Below are positions 40,673 to 54,401 of a DNA stretch of 64,000 bases, one piece after another. Every line of letters begins with the position of its first letter. Positions within the stretch are counted from its first letter, which is position 1. The stretch comes from the human T2T-CHM13v2.0 reference genome, Homo sapiens. The translations under genes and the position numbers were made by a program. A model generated the notes under the pieces. The model was not told where the DNA came from. It made no database searches and saw only the letters and a program-made list of their open reading frames with translations. Where the stretch lies: the NCBI RefSeq assembly GCF_009914755.1, contig NC_060932.1. The stretch is one strand, 5' to 3'.

Positions 40673-43351
40673 AAATAAAATCTTTGGGGCCTAACATAGT
40701 GTTGTCAACTTTTTACTAGGCTACATGAGGGCAATAATAACTGATGACCTACTGTCACCATTTTATCACAATGAAAGAACATTTTAACTCCCCAACGTTA
40801 AAAAAGGAGGCAATCACTAGAGACACGTACCAGTCCACAGACTATCATTTAACAACTGGGCTAATCCCACTTACTTACCAAACTAAAAATGGTATGTTGT
40901 CCCAAGGAGCGAGACTGTGTAGTGAGGACCATGCTGATGATAATCTCATCTATGAGTTGCCTGCTTAGTGCACAGCTCACTAATTAATACACACACATTA
41001 CCTTGTTTTTATTATTAAGTACATAAATCTCTGTCCCTTCAAGGAGACTATACGTACCTTAAATACTGGGGCCATGTCTTCCCTTGGGTTTTTCATCACC
41101 AAGTAGAATTAATCTTGTTATTGGGTTGGACCTCTCTGAGATTGGAGGATGAGCTCATTTATGTGGCTAAACTGAGCAGATGGTAAGAGTGGGCTGAGGT
41201 GAAATGGAAAGGTTCCTGGAGGTCATGTCAGTTGAACCTATGAGATATACAAGCAGCCAGGTCCAGAGCTCTGGGCACAGCCCCTGGGCAGCTTGTCCAG
41301 CCACTTCCTAGTCCCCCTAGAGCCCACAGCTATCACTCGTCTAGACAGGGCTGCTGGGGGAATCACGGAACCGAGAGATAATAGAGATTCTGGCCAGGGA
41401 AATCTAGAAACACCACTGCCTGTGCCTTGCTTACCTTGTGAGAGTGATGTAAGGAGAAACAGGACCCTCAATCAATTACCGTCGGCTCCAAAATGGCTGA
41501 CTTTAGCGAACACAGCAGAAGATGCTGGCTCATCAGCTCTGTGTTCTAAGTTGATCCCAGGAAAGCACTAGAAAATACACTACTTTGCCTGAACAGCAGC
41601 CAAGCTGTCAATCTTAGGGCTGCTTCAGTCCTGGGCACCAGGCTTATGTAACTTCAACTGTTTTGCTAATAGACCAGAAATAAACAATGAGTGACTGGTC
41701 ATTTTTAAAAGCCAGCTCCCTTGCAAGGGAAAGAGAGAGAAAGCCAAGGGGCTGAGGGAGGAAGTGCCTGCCAAGGTAATAAATACAAACCAAAATCTCC
41801 AACATTTTGTGGTTTGACAATTGATTAACTAATTTGAGGCAACAAGATTTAGTGTTCCTGCAGATTAGTGTCGAAGGGGTAATTATAGCAAAAGCTCCCA
41901 TCTTCAAAGACCGTGGCTGCTGCAGCTCCTCACGGGCCAACGCTGCATTAAAGCCCACATATTATGACCCAGAGACACAAAAGGTTTTTTGGAACACGTC
42001 CCTTTTCAGCTCTGCGTGCTGGGCTTGCTCTGGAAAGGTCATTTGGTGCCTTATCAGCATAGACAAAATCCCCTGCCTATAATGTATGTGTTTATTCTCA
42101 AATTAAATATATTAATGTATTATTTGTTCTTAAAATGTCATGGAATAGATAGTGAGCTTAGCCGTCCTGGCAGACCTTTGAAGCTTAAAGAGTAATGTAA
42201 TAATAGTACATTAATCCATAGGCCGTTCAGTCATCTCCCTGTGGAGGCCCCAGCCTCTGGTACATGCTCCAAAATGCTGGATTTTCTGCACATGTTCTTA
42301 AAAGTCTATTTCTTTAACAACAGCTGGCATGATAGAGCAGGTTTTACTGAAGCTAAGAAAAGGCAGGTACCTCTATTATTTAGGTGGAATAATCTTACCA
42401 TGAACTTGAAAACAGGCAGTGACCTATGTGCTCCCGGGTAAAAAAAAAAAATTAGGGAAATTGGAAAGGGAGCCTAGAAGCAATAGAACTTTCTTTCTTT
42501 GCCAATCTCCTTTGGCCAAGTTTTCATAGGAAGCATGACTGAATGTGCTGTGTGATCCCAGCTTAGGGGCCTGGAGATCAGATTGGCCCAAGAGGTAGTA
42601 AATGCAACTGCAGTCAACACAAGCACACACAGGGCTTAGGTAGGGCCTTGGCTTGGTGCTGCCAGTCCCTCGATGTTGGGAGACACAGACATGAAGGAAA
42701 GTGGAGGCAGAAGATTTTAAACCCACACTTCCTTGCATCTGCTCCAGCAAAAAATAAACGGGTCTGCTTAGGTGTTATTGAAGTAATTCTACTTCTGTAC
42801 TTGGACCACTCCATTATTCTTAGTTCTGGTTTTGTAGCCCCAATTCGATTGGACCTTGAACTGGATTCTAGTTGCATCTCCACTTCCTGCCTCATCCCAA
42901 CCTGATATCTGTTGATGTGTCCACTTCCAGCTCTGACCTTGGGATCCAAGCCTATGTTTCATGAGTGTTCCAGGTTGAATGCTGGGCTACATCTTCACTC
43001 CTCTGGGTTTACTGTTGGGCTTCTCCATACCAAGTAGCTAAAAGTCTTAGGTAGGGTCCTCTGGAAGCTGACTCTAAGAGGTGCATGATTAATCAGAAAG
43101 CTATCTACCCCTAAGGAGGCAAGGAAAGCAGGATTGAACAGAGGGGAAGCTGATCTGAAATTAAGGCTTCAAACCAGTCCTGGAGCTTTGGATCTTGGAA
43201 GGCCCTTGAGAATTGTCCTAAACTAGGGAAAAGGGTCAGGTCTTTCTATCCCTGCACTTGTCAATCATTGGCCATCCCTCTGGGGAAGGTGCAACTTGGA
43301 CGAAGCAGTTCCCTGGGCAGCGCAATTCCCAGCAACTATCCATCTGTCAGC

Positions 43352-43399
43352 AGCCAATGTTCCCAAGAGCCAATGTTCCCAGGAGCCAATGTTCCCAGC
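43352..43399 (+). repeat. Three-copy 16-bp tandem repeat, within probable old MaLR-like sequence
   Basis: agccaatgttccca(ag/gg/gc) x3. Confidence 0.9.
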
Positions 43400-43564
43400 A
43401 GCTGGGGGAGAGGCATTGGCCCAGAAGAGGGGCTCTGCCCAGGAGAAACGTCACGGTATGCACTACTTGTAGCGCTCTCTCCTGTTGGATGCCTCCAGAC
43501 TACCCTTCAGCCTTTTCCTGAGAAATTAACCAGCTTTCTATTCTAACCAACAGTTCTGTCCCTC

Positions 43565-43582
43565 TGCTGCCCTCTGGTGGCT
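43565..43582 (-). promoter_or_regulatory. Candidate CTCF binding site
   Basis: Reverse complement agCCACCAGAGGGCAGca closely matches the CTCF core CCASYAGRKGGCRS. Confidence 0.6.
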
Positions 43583-44359
43583 ACTGATACAACTACCCCC
43601 AACCAGTAAAGCCCCTTTGACCCCATGTGCCAAAGTGTGGGTCCATATTGCGCAATGTGCAGTGAGAATTGTTGACCACCAAGCTCTCCTTACAAGTCAG
43701 TGGGCACCAGCAAGATGCCGAGATGTCACTGACACTGAAGAGAGCCTTCTCTCCATGTTTTTCTTTCACTCTGTCAGCAAATGGAATTACATGCCCCTAG
43801 ACCTTCATTTCTTTAAGTCTTGAAGGCTTTGGGGTCTTTAGGAGGTTCCTGATTAAGATAGATTACTCTTGGGATGGTGGCAACATTATTTCTTATTAAA
43901 TAGTTTCCTGGTAGGATTCGTTGAGAGCACAACTTTCAGGGAATAGAATGTGAGATATGAGAATAGAGAGGAATCAGTTACAGATGTTCACTACTTGTGC
44001 ATAGCCAGAGCTGCCCGATGTTGATTGGATGGCATTCCCTGCTTTGCAAACTATGGGGAATATCTGTTTTTCAGGAGGCAAAATTAGGTATGATGTAAAG
44101 GGAGAAAGGATCGGAGTTACTGGATCTGTCTTCAATCCCCAGTTCTGCCACTTACTGAGTATGTAGTATTGCAATTAACACTACACAATCACTTATCCAG
44201 GGATCAGTTTCTGCATCTGCAAAATGTGATAATACCTACTCAACAAGTTGTTTGCAGGAGATTAAATTTGGTGCACATGTCAAATCACATTGCAAAGTGC
44301 TGTGTTATTCAATAACTATCAGAGCAATCAGAGACCAATTTTAAGACATTTTATGGTGA

Positions 44360-44693
<334 letters not shown>

Positions 44694-46035
44694 CTGAGTG
44701 CTGTTAATACAAACCTCAACCTGACATACCAAGTCTTCTGCAGATTCAGGTAAGTCCATCCAGAGAGGGAAAGGATTTCCCATAACAATCACTAAAAAAC
44801 ATGAATAACAGGCAGCTGTGAAGATAATTTAAGTTTAAAGATGCAAATGTTACTATGAACCTTGCTATACCTTTGTATATTCTCAAAGTTACTTACTGAT
44901 GTGGAGGCAGGAGGAAATCTTTGGGGAATGGTACACTCTTCCACCAGGCTTCAGGTAAAGCTGGGATGTGTGTCAGTTGGAACGTGGGCTGTGTGCTCAC
45001 CCTAGAAAGGTCCACTGTCCTCAGCAAGTGCTTCCCAACTGGTGGGCAAACTGCAGTTTTGTTTTTTTTTTTTTAATGTAGAAGATATCTCAGTGACAGA
45101 ACTGAATCATCAGACTGTTGAGATGTATTGAGAAAATGTTTTCAATCAATAATGTACTTGAAACAGGTGAAGTTAGGGATGAAGTTATGTCCTTGGACTG
45201 GGTGTCTGGAAGTAAAATCATCACTGACAGTTCACAAGGATGCACCCAAAGCCCACCAGGTTATAGTGACATCACACCTCTCTAACACAGAATGGGATAG
45301 CAAGAGAAGGCTGTGTCCTCCCATACATAATCTTTATAAGAAATGTTGTAAATTAATTTTTAAAACTAACCCTCAAGTGTATATATGTACATATATCCAC
45401 ACATACCTATGTACAATATACAACCCCACATATGTCACATATATGCCCGATACTCAACTGACAACAACAAATATTAAGAATGCGAACAAGAATCAGAAAG
45501 AAGTAGGAAAATATGTCTGAAAATCTAAAATACATTATCACAAAATCGAGCTTCCAACGTGCTTATCTGATGCCTCACTCCAAATAGATGTCATTTTAAA
45601 AGTTAGAAGGAAAAGAAAATTTAAAACTGTCAGAAAAGTAACTGAAACTGAAAGATACTGAAAGAATAATGAAAACTGAAAGAAACTGAAAAATAATGCG
45701 TGTGTATAAGCGTGCATGCACATGTGTATGAAACAGTCATGGGAACTCAAAAGAAGCCATTTACAGTCAGGCCAAACACCTACAAGAGGTCCTGAAAACA
45801 TCCTAACGTCACCATGCAGTAAAACAACTGTCCCATTAATGATGTTGAGGCAGTAGGAAGCACTTGACATATGTTTGGTGCAGGGTACTTTGTTTAGGCA
45901 GAAATGAAAGTGAATAATTTAGTTCAAAATTATATTCATTGATAATGCTTTTTTTAAGTTTGTATACAGAAGAGAGTAAAACTTCAGGTGTCATAAAAAT
46001 CTACAAGTGTAGAGTATGTCATTTTCCCAAAGCTG

Positions 46036-46081
46036 GTGTGTGTGTGGGTGTGTGGGTGTGTGTATGTGTATATGTGTGTGT

Positions 46082-46112
<31 letters not shown>
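46036..46112. repeat. Compound (TG)n(AG)n microsatellite
   Basis: Imperfect TG run followed by ~14 AG units. Confidence 0.93.
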
Positions 46113-46117
<5 letters not shown>

Positions 46118-49100
46118 TCCAAGAGCACTACTTTTACCAAAGAGATGAAGAAATATCTTATGACTAGAACTGAAATGCATATTTCTGTAGATAAGTGAAA
46201 ACAAGAGTAAATGCTGGTGCTACATCTGCTCCAGGGTCCACTCTGTTACCATCAGTGTTCTTAGAAAATTCCCAAATATAAGCAGTCACATGGAAATGAC
46301 ACTGTTTGTCAAGAGACAGGAAGCCGTTTTCATTGAATCCACAGACATCAGTGGATCAGATTCTTCCACAAACCATCTTCTGGATCTCAGTTTGTTTATA
46401 TTTATTTATTTATTTATTTATTCAGCCAATAGGAAGATATGGGGGCAAATGTCAAATATTTAAATATTTTGACACTGACCATGGTGAGAGCTACAATTTT
46501 CATAGATTATTTCCTTTCTGAAGCAGCCAGCACAAGGACCCCAGGAAACAGCAGAGCTTTTGTCTCCATAGCAGTGACCAGACCTGCTTGTCTCAAAAGG
46601 GTATGGAAGGTATTAGTCCATATTCCTCACTTCTCCGCATCCACAGCCACTGGGGGGACTGAACTGAACTCCAGAGGAGCTGGGCCAACTAGAAAGTGGG
46701 GCCTATTAAAACACAGAGAATAGGGCAGCATTAGAGGGAAACTATTATCATCTTTTTCCTTTTTGCAGATTTTGCTGAACCTAGGCCTTGTATAATAATA
46801 GAGACTCCAGAATAATCTAAACCGAGGGCCATCCCCCAAGTCACTTTGCCAGCCAGGCTTGAAGAAGAGCTGTCCAGAAACAGCCAGGATTTCAACCCTG
46901 TAGCTGGCAGCAGGCACATCTACATGATGGCCGAGGGATAGGAGAGGAGTCTTTTCCCACATAACCCTTGTTCGTGGAACCATAAAGGTCACAGAAAAAA
47001 ATACCAGGCTGAGATCCTTTCCTTCTGTTTCTGTAATGGTATTAGCAACGACTCTTTCTTACTCAATCGCACTCCCAAAGGATTTTCAATAAACTTTTTA
47101 TGTGCCATAACTGTTACATTAAATAAAGCTGAAAGTATTGAGTAAACCGACTGTAAATCACTTTAGATGCCTTGGAATTACATTAAGTGTGAGAATTATA
47201 GATCTTTTGCTGCTTGCAGAAACAGAGAAACGACAGAGCCAGGGATTTTTGTGCTGCCAGCCTTTTGAAGATTTTTTAAATTATTTCTTTATGCTCCATG
47301 ACAGCCATCTCTTGTAAATGACTTGTTCAGGGGCAAATGAGGGGCAGGGAGGGGAAGGAAGAGCAGTTGGGTTGGGGCTAGAAGGGAAAAGATGCCTGGC
47401 AAAGGGGAACACAGGAATAGCCTGGGATTTCTCTCCCTTTCAGACTCTGTTACTACGGGCTTGAACTTTTCGTTTTAAAAAACATTTTCAGGTTTGTACA
47501 TTTTTAATGAAATGATGATGGATGTGGGCCAAACAGTGTTTTGCGGGGTGCGTGTGCATGTCCATGAACGTGTGCTTTTCCCTGGCTTCCGAAGCCTATT
47601 CCATTCCATTCTCTCCAGCTGTTATTTTTGTGAAGTTAAATCCCTTGCTTTTATGGTATTCCTGTTCAGTCATCTTCCCAAGGCCTTACAGGGTCAGGTC
47701 TGTGTTTTAAAGGGAATTGTCAGACTGCTGGAAATGGAGGAAGTTTGGAGGGAATGTTGATAAAAACGGAAATCTCTCAGACTGATGCTCCACAGTCCCT
47801 CCTTTGATGTCCAAGCAGGTTTGATTTTGTTTGGGGAAACAATTTAAGGCTGCTTTCCAACTGTCTGCATGGTTTTTCTCATCGTCCAGTCCCAGCAACA
47901 AACTAATAATCCGGGGCTGGTGACATCAAGGACTAATGCCACAGGAATCAAAGTGATGTCGGGAACTTACAGCCGGCTTCCCTTCAAGAAGAGCAGAGGC
48001 TAAAAGGAATCGACGTCATGCCAGACATGGGCGTGGCTGATGAATAATTCACAGAATTTCATAGAAAGGTCAGAGGCAGGGTTGTGGGGGGAGAAGAAGT
48101 CTCAATTTATGTGCCCCAATCTAACACTGGGAAGCATCAGAAGCCAGAGGATACCAGAACACTAAGCTAACCTGTGACCTATTAATTTATCTTATGTCAA
48201 CTGCTAAAGACCATATTACTATGTTGTAATCTGTTATTTTTTAAAAAAATCAAAAAGTAAAAAGCTTTGCTTCAGCCAGTCCATGGATATGTAAGTACTG
48301 GGGACTAGTATGTCACTCCTGTGACCTGGGCTCATAATTGGAGCTGGGGAGACCAGATAACCTCACTGCAAATAGCAGAAAGCAGTCAAAGAGGCAGTGA
48401 AACACAGAGAGGATTTGATAGTATAAGTCATAATGCTGCAGGAACTTGGAGAGGGATATCGATCAGAGGGAGCAGAAGTATTCATGGAATAGGAGCTACC
48501 CAAGCCTGTGCTTATTGGATGGACTCTTCTATAGCTTATGGAGAAGTTTCAGAGGAAAGAAAGCAGCAGTGAGAAGTGAATGGCTGCAGGATGTTGAGGG
48601 ATACAGAGGGGAAGGAGAAGGGAGCCACTGAAGCCAGCAAGGTGGGGTGGGGTGCAGGGATGCCTTGAACACCAGGCAGATCCTGTAGGCCCAAGGAAAT
48701 AGAGCTTTCTCTAACAAGAAAAAGCAAAGAAATCAATGTTTATGTGAATTTCTACCAACATTCTGGCCACTGGCCATGGCACCAGTTATAGCAGCCTTGG
48801 CCAAGAATTGCATCTAAGCCAACAAGAGGCTAAGGTTGAAATGGAAAGGGCTCTTGCTGGAAAAGCCTGTGAGAGAGACCAGACCACAACACTGGGGAGG
48901 CAACAGAGGAAGAGGAGTAGGAGAGAAGGTGATGCTGCCTGTTCCCCAGCCCTTACCTCCCCTGGGAGGCCATGCAGTGACATCAAGTTAGACCATGGAG
49001 TGTCGCTTGCCCCAAAGCACTGGCCTGGGAACCCCAAGATCTAGGGTTTAGCTTTGACGCTGACACTGATTGGTTATATGACACGGAGCAAATTACTGTG

Positions 49101-49789
49101 CTGATCTAGGGGCCTCCACTAGAGGTTGGACGATCTGGGAAGTCATTTTCAACTTGAACTGTTCCAATTGCTGCAGCCACTTCGCCTTGCTCTGTTCCTA
49201 AATAACAGGCCAGAAAGAAGAGAGCAGAGCCCACTTCTTTGGCGGTGGGACCAAAGGCCACGATGAGATCTGCTATCCAAATCCATCCATATCGAGTCAG
49301 AGAAAGTGCTTCTTCATTGAGATTTCTCCACTGCCTACTAACTGAGCCTTTGTTTAAGCTGCCCCAGAGCCTTGATATCCACTTTGTAAAATGATGAAGC
49401 AATTAATAAATGGAAGTGCCTGCAGTTACGAGGGCTGGTTATCTCCTGGGGGTTGCCCTTATCCACTATGACCAGTTTATTCATCACCAGTGGCAGTGCA
49501 GGTGGGTTCACAGATCTCAGTCACCCTGTAATTTAGCTTGAGGAGCCAGAAAGCCCACGTCCCAGGTTCTCCCTGACTGTCCCCAGAGGCCACTCTCAAA
49601 ATAACATCCATGTGCACTGCAAGGTTCATGGTGACATCAAGACTATAAGAAAGTGTAAATACATGTGTTAAATTTTTAGTGAACCAACAAATGAATGAAT
49701 GAATAAGAGCAAATTCAGGATGGATCCTTAAACAGAGTGGATTCTGAATAAGACAGCCAGCACTATTCCATACCCAACACCTCTGCTTA

Positions 49790-50110
49790 CTATACAGATA
49801 TGGAGACAAAATATGTGAAAACTCAACAAATATTTATTGGGGCCTACTCTGAGCCAGAAACTGTCTGGGCTGGAATATAAAACAGTGAGTAAAAATGGGG
49901 AAAGTACTGGCTCCATGGCGTCACATCCCAGAGGGGTGACAGTAACTGAATCAGTTTAACACACAAATGCAACCATTTCAGAGAGTGAGGAAGACAATCC
50001 CTAATTTGGGGGATGGGAGTGGTAACGGGAAGGCAGGACAATGTAGGACAGGCAGCCAGGGAACTCCCCATGAAGGAGGTCACATCTGAGTTGAGGTCTT
50101 AATGGGGATC
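49790..50110 (-). mobile_element. L2 3' fragment
   Basis: 'caacaaatatttattggggcctact' and 'gaaggaggtcacatctgagttgaggtctt' are typical antisense L2 motifs. Confidence 0.65.
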
Positions 50111-50189
50111 AGATACTCTACCTCCCAATTCTATCAATATTTAGGTCCAAATCTTCTTTTCCAGAAAGTCACTCCAAACACTTGCTTTC

Positions 50190-50400
50190 CAGTCTGGGCA
50201 ACAAAGTGAAACTGATTCTACAAAATGTTTTAAAAATTAGTCAGGCATAGTGGCACATGCCTATAGTACCAGCTACTCCAGAGGCTGAGGTGGGAGGATC
50301 ACTTGAGCCCAGGACATCAGGGCTGCCGTCAACTATGATTGCACCGCTGCATTCCAGCCTAGGCAACAGAGAAAGACCCTGTCTCTTAAAAAAAATAAAT
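50190..50400 (+). mobile_element. AluJ, 5'-truncated
   Basis: cagtctgggcaaca...aaaattag...ggaggatcacttgagcccagg...gaccctgtctc plus an A tail. Confidence 0.85.
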
Positions 50401-52181
50401 GCTTAGTGCAATTATTTCTGTATATGGATGATGGATGATGAATTTAACATTAGAATCTCAACTCAAATAAATGATGTACAATAATTATGAGAAACAAAAA
50501 CAAAATACTATTTCCAGGAGAAGCACATCTCTGGGCATCCGCACATGCCCACGTGAGCAGGTCACATTCCAAACTCTTCAGCACCCCTGGAGAAACAGGA
50601 CCAACAGCCCTGTCCCCTGCAGAAGTCCTGTGCAAACCACCACGCCTCCCAGAGTCACATTCTGATGAGGAAATCAGTAGCAGAAAATGCTCCCAACGGG
50701 AACCCCTTCTGTTTTGCTGATCTTGTAAATCATCTGAATTCAACGTGTCACAGGCATGTCTTACAATACACAAGATAATGCCCAGATTTTGTAGTGCAAA
50801 AGCATATTAACCTTTGTGGACTCTAGCAGGGTTCCGACAAAGAATGTCTGGTAAAAACTGCAGGGCTCATGGTAATTGCTTGCCATGCCGGTAAACGATC
50901 CAGAGCTGTGTGAAGATAACAAGAAACTGCTGAAGGCAAGTCACCTGGGTTTTATTATGCTCACCCTAAAAAATAATTAGCAATGCCTATGAAATCATAC
51001 TGTGAGGAGTTTGTAGGGCTTTTTTTTCCAAGAAGGAAATTATAACCTACCTAGCTTTCCTTTGTACAAGGAGATTTAGGGGCTGTGTGTGTGTGCGTTT
51101 CCCTGACAAGCAAAGATAAATGGAAAAGTTGATGTTAAAAAAAATACCATGTCAGAAGCAACGAGAGGAGTGCTCATTGTAAACACAGCTGTTACCCCCA
51201 CTCTGTCCAAGCCAGGACAAAGCCACACCCAGGAAGCTGACCCCCAAATCCTCTATGCTGCTGTGTGAAGGTGGCATCTTTGAGAAATATAACTTCTGTT
51301 TAGTTAATAAAATGTACGTTTATGCCCTAGTATATGCATATTCCATCCCCTTTTGACCGGGAAAAAAAAAAAACAATGAAAAATGTTTTCTAACTCTTCA
51401 GCGCCCACTTCCAAAATAAAGTGGGCCAGATGCTGAGACCTCACATTGCTTGGTGGCCTTGGCTTGCCCAAGGGGACTGGAAATTGTACCCAATCTTGCA
51501 TAAGAGAGAAAGTTCTACCCGAAGCCTGAGCAAACCTCAAGACCAGAGGAGGCCACCAGAGCTTCTGCAAGAGGCCCGAGTGTCCCACAGGAGTCCTCAG
51601 CACTGCACACCTCAGTCCCCCTGAACTGTCCAAGGCCACCAAGCAACCCGAGGCCTCAGCATCTGGCCAGGTTCATTTTGGGAGTGGGCATTGGAGAGTT
51701 AGAAAATATTTTTCATTAGTTTTTTTCCCAGTCAAAGGGGGATGAAATACGCATATTCTAGAGCATAAACACACCTTGTATTAACTAAATGGAAGTAAAA
51801 CACCACCTTCACAGAAACATGTTCATTTTCAGCACATAGACTAGATTGTCCTAGCAGTTCAGCAGGTTTTGAATCATGAGTTTGATGAGTAAAAGTCATG
51901 TTCAGATTGTTTATTCCCTGAAACTCCTGGACACTCAAATCTCCAGAGGAGAGGGTGGCTGCTTAGCACAGAAAGTGTCTGAACCTCATTGCTTTTTGCA
52001 AAGAAGGAAAGGAGCTGAGCTTTGGTTCCAGCACAGTAAGAGTGTGAGGCAGGAGAGGGCTGTCTCCTCCCTTGAGGTGGCCACAAGTTGCCTCTCTGTG
52101 GAAAGAGCTCACCCTCCAAACCAGGAGAATGGAGTGGTGTCTCATCTGCCAGGGCAGAGTTGGTCCACCTTAGGTAGTCCC

Positions 52182-52544
52182 TGTATTAGTCCGTTTTCAT
52201 GCTGCTGATAAAGACATACCTGAGACTGGGCAATTTACAAAAGAAAGAGGTTTATTGGACTTACAGTTCCACATGGCTGGGGAGGCCTCACAATCATGAT
52301 GGAAGGCAAGGAGGAACAAGTCACATCTTATGTGGATGGCAGCAGGCAAAGAGAGAGCTTGTGCAGAGAAACTCCATTTTTAAGACCATCAGATCTCATG
52401 AGACTCACTCATTATCACAAGAACAGTGCAGGAAAGACCGGCCCCCATAATTCAATCACCTCCCACCAGGTTTCTCCCGTGACATGTGGGAATCAGGGGA
52501 GTTACAGGATGAGATTTGGGTGGGGGCACAGCCAAACCGTATCA
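52182..52544 (-). mobile_element. THE1 (MaLR) solo LTR
   Basis: tgtattagtccgttttcatgctgctgataaagacatacc...cagccaaaccgtatca, with 5-bp TSD GTCCC (52177-52181 / 52545-52549). Confidence 0.94.
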
Positions 52545-52697
52545 GTCCCTAACACCTCTTGGCCTCAGATCCTCATGCACTAAGTGAGAAGGCCGGGCTG
52601 CATGGCATCATGGTGTCTCACTTTGGTGAAGAGTGAGGACTTTGCAGTGACCCTCACCTACCTCCTCTGACTGTTTTTTTCGAGCACGTTAGGAGAT

Positions 52698-53093
52698 TGT
52701 ATGATCTGCCTGAGCTGCCATAACAGAGCACCACAGACTGGTGGCTTCAACAGCAGAAGCTGATTTTCTCCCAGTTCTGCAGGTTAGAAGTCCAAGATCA
52801 AGGTGCTGGCCAATTTGCCTCCTGGTGAGGACCCTCTTCCTGGCTCTTAGAAGGCCACCTTCTCATTGTGTCGTCACATGGCCTTTCTTCTGAGTTCATG
52901 AAGAGAGAGCAAAAGATCTTTCCCTCTTTCTCTTCTTATAAGGCCACCAGTACCATCAGAATGGGTCCCCACCCTTCTGACCTCATTGAACCGTTATTAC
53001 TTCCTGAAAGCCCCATCTCCGAATACAGCCCCTCAAGGGGTTAGTGTTTCAATGTCTGAATTTGTGGAGAGGGACACTGTTCAGTCCATTGCA
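52698..53093 (-). mobile_element. MLT1-type MaLR LTR
   Basis: 'gctgccataaca..caccacagactggtggctt', 'gaagtccaagatcaaggtg' and 'ttcagtccattgca'. Confidence 0.82.
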
Positions 53094-53899
53094 AACATAA
53101 ATGTTATCATTTCTATTTCCCAGATAAAGCAAAGTTCAGAATAGCTCACTGACTGGAGATCAGCCAGCAAGAGGATGGCAGAGGAGGGCCTGAGAACCAG
53201 GGTTCCTGGCTCCAAACCCAGTGCCCGGCTGTCTAAACCACAGTGCTTTGTTTGAGCTCAACAACCGCAGGATTCTGAGCGGCCTGGGATGATCACCCTC
53301 TGCCCAGACTGTTTTTTGGGTCAGCACAAAGCAGCCCCAGGTCTTCTCCATTATAGCCCAGACCAGCAAGGGGAAGAGGGCAGCTCCATGTTCCTTCCAG
53401 CCTCTCCCCTGCTTGCCTCTTCCGTGTTGATGACTTCAGCTCTGAAAATTCCCTTTATGGCTTCAGACATCCCTGCATTACCCTGTGAGAGGCATTTCTG
53501 CATGGCCGGGGCTGATAATTTATTTACTTTTGCTAAGTGTTCCTTTACAGGGAAGGGGAGGAGGGTGGGGTGAAAGGAAGACGGGTCGCTGTCTTTGAAA
53601 AGCCAACTCATAAATGTTCAGGTACGTTCCTTTTTCTGTCGGCTAAGCAGCTTTCCCAGCCAAAAAAACAATCACACTGCTAGCATCTCCCAGGTCTTGA
53701 GAGAGCAGACGTATTTTATCTCTCCTTGGTGACGGCTCTGAGCAGCTAATGCTCTTGCATTTTAAGCTTGAATAGATTTTGGTCTCAGGCAGCTATACTT
53801 TGTTGCTCCTCCTGTAAAGGTCTTTGTGGCCCTGGAAAATAAAAGAAACAACCTTCGAGGAAGTTGAAGCCTTCCTCTGCCTCAAGGCACTTCCCTGGA

Positions 53900-54401
53900 T
53901 GTGGCAGACACTATTGTTTGACTATCTAGAAGCCCTAATCTTTTCCTTTGCCCTCTCACATCTCCCCTTGTAGACAGGGGTGGCCCATGTCCCAGCTCTG
54001 ACCAATGAGACGGAAGGGGATATCTGATGGGGAATTCTAGGAAAGGCAGGGTTTTCCTAATAGAGACTTTTGAGGAGAATGCCTGTTGCCCTGATCCATA
54101 CTAATTTGGATGGATCAGGGTGACAGGCTTTTGAATATGGTTGAGATGCTTGACACCACAGCAGCAATTTTGCAGCCATGAGGCAACAAACACAAACAAA
54201 CAGCCAATATTCTCAAGAGGGCAGAGTTGAAAGATGGAAAGAGGCTAGACTTTTAATGACAAATTTAAGCTGTTGAATTAACTGTGAGGTAGCTGCCTTT
54301 AGAATTTTTTGCTATGTAAACAATTTAGGTTTTTATATCATAAAATCACTATTTAATAGGATTCATGTTACTTGAGGCCAAAAGCACTCCAAACTGATAC
54401 A
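53900..54401 (+). mobile_element. Old MLT1-type (H-K) LTR
   Basis: tgtggcaga...; 'gcagcaattttgcagccatgagg'; ends 'gttacttgaggccaaaagcactccaaactgataca'. Confidence 0.6.

Noticed and set aside
40003-40678. Long ORFs (220, 156 and 127 aa) with MIY/DIY repeats
   Set aside because: These are translations of the 30-bp VNTR plus an Alu; a stop-free repeat unit explains their length.
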